Below, in pieces: positions 16,200 through 20,000 of a stretch of 20,000 nt of DNA (position 1 is its first letter; each line of letters opens with the position of its first letter). The stretch lies in the IMG/VR virus record IMGVR_UViG_3300002140_000103. One strand, given 5' to 3'. The stretch is from an uncultured virus (IMG/VR IMGVR_UViG_3300002140_000103) (taxonomy: Duplodnaviria > Heunggongvirae > Uroviricota > Caudoviricetes). The notes beneath the pieces are model-generated. The model did not search any database. It was not told the DNA's origin and saw nothing but the letters and a program-made list of their open reading frames with translations. A program made the position numbers and the translations under genes.

Positions 16200-18233
16200 A
16201 TGAAAAACTTAGATACAATAGCAGTAGATTTATTCGAAAAAATACGTGGACGTTTTCCTAACGTTACGCTTGGCGACTCCGATGGTAACGTTACTAATGT
16301 TCCAGAAGATGCAAGATACTTTGACTTTAGTTATGTAAACGAAGGCGAAGATCTTGGACAAGTAAGTGTTAGCTTAGACGAAGACAATGGAATTGTTATT
16401 GTTGTAGGTAAAGATTTGATACAAGGTCAATTAGAAAGCATACAAGATACTTGGTTTAATTTTTTAAAAGAAATTCGACTATTTGCTAAAAAACGCTTAA
16501 TGGCATTTGATGTACGCGATATAAACAAATCAAATCTTAATAAAAGAGATTACAAATTTCTAGCTAAAAATCGTCCTGGAGAGAATTCAATGGCTGAATC
16601 AAAAATGTACGGCACACATAAAACAAGTTATCAAAAAATTGGAAATGCACGTTTAGCAATTAAACATATTGCACCAATTAACACCGAAAGTGCAGCAGGT
16701 CGCACACACAAAATAAATGCTATTTACGTTGAGTCCCCAACGGGTGAAAGATTTAAATATCCATTTAAACATCTAAGTGGTGCAAGAGCAATGGCTCGTC
16801 ACGTAAGTGAAGGTGGCAACGCATATGATGATTTTGGCAAATATATTTCAGGCTTGTCAGAAGAAATGTCAAAACTACGTAAGTTTAATCAGTATATGGG
16901 ACGTAGCAGTGTAATGGCCGAAACACTTGCTGAATATACAGACGTTGTTAAAGATCGTATTAAAGAAGTAAGAAAAACAATAGGCAATCTTCAAAAAGAA
17001 ACATTTTATAAAGAAACATTTGAAAACTTTGTTATACCGGTAGTAGAAACTGTTCCAGACGATATAGCAGAGAACTGGATTGACCAATTAACAATTAAAC
17101 AATTTAACGAAGAATTAAAAGACGTATTTCCATACATTTATAGTCTAGTAAGTCAAGCAACATTATCAGAAGAATTAGGCCCTGACGAAGTAGTAGCCGA
17201 AGTTGCAGGCCCTGAAGATTGCTGGGATGGATACAAAAAAGACGGCACACAAGCTGGCACAGGTAAGAACAAAGGCAAGCGTGTAAACAAATGCGTACCA
17301 GAAGATATTGAATTAGAGCAAGGCTTTGAAGAAATAATGGGTCAGTTTTCAGAAGGATGGGAAACTATGAAACCTATTGATCGTGACAAATACCAAGAAC
17401 GTCTTGGACTAGAAGGTCCAATCCAAACCCGTGCTGGTAAAGTTATATATTATGATCCAAAAGAAGGCCAGTATTACGATCCAGCATCTGACATGTATAT
17501 GGATGCCGAAGATGTGAGAGCACTAGGCTTGCCAGACACCCCAATGCGCAACGAAGACGATTGGATTAACAAAGACAAAGCAGAAAAAAAAGTAGACGAA
17601 GCATACATCAACACAAGCAACGATGCTGTAGAAGTTTTAGCTAACCTACGTAAGATTGGTAAATCAATTGAACGTGGACAAGGCAGTTACGAAGGCAACT
17701 TAGCAAACGAATATGCTAACGATGTATGGGATGTATACACGTTTATTGAAGCAAGAACAAACGGGTTTAGCGGACTAGATAAAAACGCCAAGGCAGCTAT
17801 TAATGCAATGATGGATCTCCGCAAAGAAGCAAAAGGAATGGAAATCAAAAAGGGCTCAGGCGAAAATGCAAGGTTTGGCAATCAAATTGCAACTGTGCTA
17901 TACCCTGTAATGGAATATTTATATACAACTAAGTTTGATAGAAACGCTAAAGAAGATGGCGAAAAAATGCTAGATAAACAAGACGAAACACCTCAAACAC
18001 CAATTAGTGAATACATACTATCATACTTTGATAGAGAAACAGGCAAGTTTCCAAAAGGCGAAACAGCAGTATTAACTGCAGTGCAAAAAGAGTACGGCGA
18101 TAAGCATGTAAAACCTGCCGCAAAATTTATAAAAACAGTAGAGGCAATGATTGCGCAACGTAAAATAAAAGAAATAGCAGGCTCACGTTATCCAGAAACC
18201 GAAATGATTAAAAATTTAGCTGGTTTGAATTAA
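16200..18233 (+). CDS. Hypothetical modular protein (677 aa), candidate head-associated protein
   Basis: Long ORF under a late promoter, acidic, ending IKNLAGLN. No portal or capsid motifs were recognised. Confidence 0.6.
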   Translation: MKNLDTIAVDLFEKIRGRFPNVTLGDSDGNVTNVPEDARYFDFSYVNEGEDLGQVSVSLDEDNGIVIVVGKDLIQGQLESIQDTWFNFLKEIRLFAKKRLMAFDVRDINKSNLNKRDYKFLAKNRPGENSMAESKMYGTHKTSYQKIGNARLAIKHIAPINTESAAGRTHKINAIYVESPTGERFKYPFKHLSGARAMARHVSEGGNAYDDFGKYISGLSEEMSKLRKFNQYMGRSSVMAETLAEYTDVVKDRIKEVRKTIGNLQKETFYKETFENFVIPVVETVPDDIAENWIDQLTIKQFNEELKDVFPYIYSLVSQATLSEELGPDEVVAEVAGPEDCWDGYKKDGTQAGTGKNKGKRVNKCVPEDIELEQGFEEIMGQFSEGWETMKPIDRDKYQERLGLEGPIQTRAGKVIYYDPKEGQYYDPASDMYMDAEDVRALGLPDTPMRNEDDWINKDKAEKKVDEAYINTSNDAVEVLANLRKIGKSIERGQGSYEGNLANEYANDVWDVYTFIEARTNGFSGLDKNAKAAINAMMDLRKEAKGMEIKKGSGENARFGNQIATVLYPVMEYLYTTKFDRNAKEDGEKMLDKQDETPQTPISEYILSYFDRETGKFPKGETAVLTAVQKEYGDKHVKPAAKFIKTVEAMIAQRKIKEIAGSRYPETEMIKNLAGLN

Positions 18234-18268
18234 TCAGCTAAATCATTCAATATTTTAACATTTTTTAC

Positions 18269-18297
18269 TTGACAAGATAAATAAAGTTGTGTAGTAT
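18269..18297 (+). promoter_or_regulatory. Sigma70-like promoter with a late promoter nested in its spacer
   Basis: TTGACA(18269-18274)-17 nt-TAGTAT(18292-18297); GATAAATA at 18276-18283. Confidence 0.7.
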
Positions 18298-18377
18298 GTA
18301 ATAGTGCTACATAACAATAGGCACAGCGTATTATACGCATACAAAACGACATAGGCATTTTATAGGAGGCATTAACT

Positions 18378-19379
18378 ATGGCATCACTAGCAGAAATCCG
18401 AGCAAAGCTCAAAGAACAAGAAGCCAACGCAGGCGGTAACCGTACATCAAGCGGCGGCGACAACGCAATTTACCCATTTTGGAATATGAAAGAAGGCGAG
18501 CAAGTAACGCTACGTTTCCTTCCTGATGGCAATCCTAACGCAGACTTTTTCTGGGCAGAACGTTTGATGATTAAACTTCCGTTTGCAGGCGTTAAAGGTG
18601 AAACTGATTCGCGTCCAGTACAAGTACAAGTTCCGTGTATGGAAATGTACGGAGAGTCTTGCCCAATCCTACAAGAAGTACGTGGTTGGTTTAAAGATGC
18701 TGCATTAGAAGATATGGGTCGTAAGTATTGGAAAAAACGTTCATACATCTTCCAAGGGTTTGTAACAGACAACCCAATTAAAGAAGATAGTAATCCAGAA
18801 AATCCAATCCGTAGATTTATTATCGGACCACAAATTTTCCAACTTATTAAAGCAGCACTAATGGATCCGGATATGGAAGAACTACCAACAGATTACACTG
18901 CTGGTGTTGACTTCCGTCTTTCAAAAGGTTCCAAAGGCGGCTATGCTGACTACGGTGCATCAAATTGGGCCCGTCGTACTCGTCCTCTAACTGATGGCGA
19001 AATGAAAGCAGTAAATGATCACGGATTGTTTAATCTTTCAGACTTCCTTCCTAAAAAGCCAACTGAACTAGAAGTAAAAGTTCTTAAAGAAATGTTTGAA
19101 GCATCTGTAGATGGTGAAGCATACGATGCAGATCGTTGGAGCCAATACTTCCGTCCATCAGGTATGGCAGCACGTACTGGCGATCCACAAGTAGCAGCAA
19201 GCCCACAGGCAACTGCTGTAAGCCAAAGTGCTCCAGTAGCAGCACCAGCACCAGCACCAGCAGCAGCAGCAACTGATACTGGTTGGCAAGATGTTGCACC
19301 AGCACCTGCACCCGCACCAGCAGCAACAGGTGGCGCAAGTGACATTCTAGCAATGATCCGCGCACGTCAAGGTCAATAA
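18378..19379 (+). CDS. gp32: Single-stranded DNA-binding protein (T4 gp32-like)
   Basis: LRFLP, C.....SCPI, YWKKRSY, G.DFRL.K and YADY..S motifs; strong SD AGGAGG; upstream of uvsX. Confidence 0.9.
   Translation: MASLAEIRAKLKEQEANAGGNRTSSGGDNAIYPFWNMKEGEQVTLRFLPDGNPNADFFWAERLMIKLPFAGVKGETDSRPVQVQVPCMEMYGESCPILQEVRGWFKDAALEDMGRKYWKKRSYIFQGFVTDNPIKEDSNPENPIRRFIIGPQIFQLIKAALMDPDMEELPTDYTAGVDFRLSKGSKGGYADYGASNWARRTRPLTDGEMKAVNDHGLFNLSDFLPKKPTELEVKVLKEMFEASVDGEAYDADRWSQYFRPSGMAARTGDPQVAASPQATAVSQSAPVAAPAPAPAAAATDTGWQDVAPAPAPAPAATGGASDILAMIRARQGQ
19230..19328 (+). repeat. (GCA CCA)n low-complexity Ala/Pro linker repeats in gp32
   Basis: Encodes APVAAPAPAPAAAAT and APAPAPAPAAT. Confidence 0.85.
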
Positions 19380-19386
19380 AAAAACA

Positions 19387-19461
19387 CCCTGCTAACGAAA
19401 ACAAAATAGCGAGACGTATGAGCTCAAAGCTGCACTAAAGTTAGCAGGGGTACACAGCTTT
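19387..19461 (+). other. Structured intergenic element (10-bp long-range inverted repeat)
   Basis: CCCTGCTAAC (19387-19396) / GTTAGCAGGG (19440-19449) enclose 43 nt; a second pairing AAAGCTG (19426-19432) / CAGCTTT (19455-19461) is possible. Confidence 0.6.
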
Positions 19462-19477
19462 TTATAGGAGAAATAAC

Positions 19478-19666
19478 ATGAAAATTAGTGATAAACTTTC
19501 TAAAGTAGACGAATCGTTTACAGTCTATATGTACGATAATGGATATATGTTTGACGTTAGCGGTCGCGACGCAGAAGAGGAATGGGCTAGTGCAAAAATT
19601 ATGTGTACTAGCATGGACGAAATTGCTGCACTCGCTAAAGAAGCAGCAGATATGGTTCGTAGTTAA
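19478..19666 (+). CDS. Small acidic hypothetical protein (62 aa)
   Basis: SD AGGAG at 19466-19470; TAATG coupling to uvsX. Confidence 0.8.
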   Translation: MKISDKLSKVDESFTVYMYDNGYMFDVSGRDAEEEWASAKIMCTSMDEIAALAKEAADMVRS

Positions 19667-20000
19667 TGGCTAAATCATTTGATGTTAGCAAGTTCCGCAA
19701 GGACTTGACTAAGAGTATCTCAGGCGTGAGTGCTGGATTTAATGATCCTACCGATTGGATTTCAACAGGATCGTACGCATTAAACTATCTTATCTCAGGA
19801 GACTTTCATAAAGGTGTTCCGTTAGGTAAAGTAACTGTATTCGCAGGCGAATCAGGCGCAGGCAAGTCGTACTTTTGCAGTGGCAACATTGTAAAGAACG
19901 CACAAGATCAGGGTATCTATGTAGTCCTAGTTGACTCAGAGAACGCACTTGACGAAAGCTGGTTACATGCACTAGGTGTGCAGACAGGCGAAGACAAATT
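19666..20000 (+). CDS. uvsX: RecA-like recombinase UvsX, 3'-truncated (absent from the ORF track)
   Basis: Manual translation MAKSFDVSKFRK...WISTGSYALNYLISG...GVPLGKVTVFAGESGAGKS...VLVDSENALD shows the Walker A and DSE motifs. Confidence 0.93.
   Translation, partial: MAKSFDVSKFRKDLTKSISGVSAGFNDPTDWISTGSYALNYLISGDFHKGVPLGKVTVFAGESGAGKSYFCSGNIVKNAQDQGIYVVLVDSENALDESWLHALGVQTGEDK

Noticed and set aside
16200..18233. Portal protein (expected near TerL)
   Set aside because: No gp20-like motifs were recognised, so it is left as hypothetical pending a profile search.
688..19972. Short antisense or alternate-frame ORFs (e.g. 688-960, 5999-6286, 7215-7577, 11888-12211, 13884-14252, 18230-18463, 19019-19404, 19790-19972)
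   Set aside because: They are shadows of well-supported genes, with no RBS or recognisable motifs.

Overview
AT-rich segment of a large T4-like (contractile-tailed) bacteriophage genome, read in the standard genetic code. It covers a rearranged morphogenesis module: gp14-gp15-NUDIX on the minus strand, divergent from gp13; then a SAM-dependent methyltransferase, a dNMP-kinase-like gene, a 1111-aa tail sheath, the tail tube, a tube-fold baseplate protein, the gp4 head-completion nuclease, a probable small terminase, two probable head-internal proteins, the large terminase and a 677-aa modular protein. It then enters the replication/recombination module (gp32 SSB, a small ORF, and UvsX/RecA truncated by the window end). 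No CRISPR array, tRNA, rRNA or mobile element is evident. The most notable features are: a (GA/GC)TAAATA late-promoter motif at nearly every structural gene junction, four copies of which sit exactly 5 nt before SD-less ATGs (probable leaderless mRNAs); a glycine-zipper protein with three acidic DxDGDxD-type repeats; a candidate pseudoknot in the gp32 leader; a structured intergenic element before the uvsX operon; and a palindromic 53-nt tandem duplication in the methyltransferase. All functional calls come from motif recognition by eye, not from database searches.
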